Source: an uncultured Verrucomicrobiae bacterium (GTDB lineage: Bacteria > Verrucomicrobiota > Verrucomicrobiia > Chthoniobacterales > JAFAMB01). From it: 64,000 nt of DNA. The translations under genes and the position numbers were made by a program. The notes below the pieces were generated by a model. The model ran no database searches. It saw only the letters and a list, made by a program, of their open reading frames with translations, and was not told the origin of the DNA. The DNA is taken from the NCBI GenBank assembly GCA_963837955.1, contig CAWIPH010000002.1:3488001-3552000 (forward strand), written 5' to 3'. The first letter of the stretch is position 1, and each line of letters opens with the position of its first letter. Shown here one piece after another: positions 63,009 through 64,000 of this stretch.

Positions 63009-64000
63009 CTATTTGAACACCGCGTTATTGATCACCTGACCCATGCCGTTCCCACTGATCTGGTTTTTCGTTCCGAACGTGGGTTTCGACTCCGTGTTGT
63101 ACGCGAGGCCATAATGGGCATTCTGTTGCAGCACGTTGGCACTCAAAAACGGAGCAGCGGATTTGATCGCAATCCCACTATCCCCATTCGATTGACAGAC
63201 GTTCTCGGTCGCTCGCCCATGTGCGCCGTTGGTGAAATGGATCCCGTGAATCTTGTTTGACCGGCACACGTTCTTGAGCAGCTCCGGATCGGTTCCCGGT
63301 TCGTATACGGCAATCCCAAACTGCTCATTCTGTTCGCAAGCGTTTTGTTCGGCTCTGCCGCGCGCTCCTCTCCCGAAATAGATACCGTTATGCTTGTTTG
63401 ATCGACACTGATTGTTGATCAGCTGAGGCTCGCTGCCGTTATCAAATACGGCAATTCCGGTATCCTCATTCTGTTCGCACACGTTTTCCTCGACCTTCGA
63501 CCGAACACCGCCAAATAAGTAGATACCGTGAACCTTGTTGAACCGGCATTGGTTGTTAATCAACTCCGGTTCCGTGCCGAGCTCGGACACACCGATGCCA
63601 GATTCATCATTTTGCTCGCACGTATTCCCCTCGGCTTTGCCGAGCGCCCCTTTGCCGAAATAAATGCCGAAATGCTTGTTTGATTTGCAGGTGTTATTAA
63701 TGAGCGCCGGGGCAGCGCCGCTAAAAAACACACCAATCCCGCTATCGTCATTCTGTTCGCAGACGTTTCCCTCTGCGTTGCCGTGAGCGTCCGTTTGGAA
63801 GCCGATGCCGTGCCGCTTATTGAGCCGGCATTCATTGTTTGTGAGTGTCGGCGCGGACCCGCCCCCAATGACCAAGATTCCGTCCAGTTGGTTTTGCTCG
63901 CAGACATTGTTTTGAGCACTTCCTTGGGCACCATTGGAAAACGCGATTCCAGAGCTCGCATTAGAGCGAAGTTGGTTCTCAATCAGCGTCGGTGCGGACT
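63009..64000 (-). CDS. Right-handed beta-helix repeat protein (runs off window end)
   Basis: Frame open to 64000; paired repeats P.LINN.C..NK..GIYF / G.AE.N.CEQN...GI.V. Confidence 0.85.
   Translation of the reverse strand, partial: SAPTLIENQLRSNASSGIAFSNGAQGSAQNNVCEQNQLDGILVIGGGSAPTLTNNECRLNKRHGIGFQTDAHGNAEGNVCEQNDDSGIGVFFSGAAPALINNTCKSNKHFGIYFGKGALGKAEGNTCEQNDESGIGVSELGTEPELINNQCRFNKVHGIYLFGGVRSKVEENVCEQNEDTGIAVFDNGSEPQLINNQCRSNKHNGIYFGRGARGRAEQNACEQNEQFGIAVYEPGTDPELLKNVCRSNKIHGIHFTNGAHGRATENVCQSNGDSGIAIKSAAPFLSANVLQQNAHYGLAYNTESKPTFGTKNQISGNGMGQVINNAVFK

Overview
A 64 kb bacterial chromosomal window; gene content and intergenic repeat style suggest a soil Verrucomicrobia-like organism (inference only). 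It carries housekeeping genes (recO, short-type topoisomerase IV parE/parC, tdh-kbl, ruvC-lipB, tRNA-Thr(CGT)), many transporters (NCS2, Mla/Pqi, MFS, NitT/TauT-type ABC, sugar ABC, EmrAB, RND) and two ECF sigma/anti-sigma pairs. The best non-routine signal is an IS110-family element (24677-26428) sitting in the loop of a REP-like hairpin. Its upstream non-coding end has two structurally parallel modules whose variable 7-mers match the element's own terminus (CTCATAA) and the reconstructed empty target (CTGAAAG), which reads as a bridge RNA. Other signals: three copies of GGAATA-N16-GGTA[GT]T that define a candidate ECF regulon; long nested inverted-repeat cassettes inside the parE-parC and tdh-kbl spacers; 7/8/9-mer tandem arrays sharing a GGCG core; a coiled-coil protein with a Roadblock-like C-terminus; a patch of decayed genes after the tRNA; and several single-base frameshifts that may be assembly errors. 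All calls come from reading motifs by eye; no searches were run.
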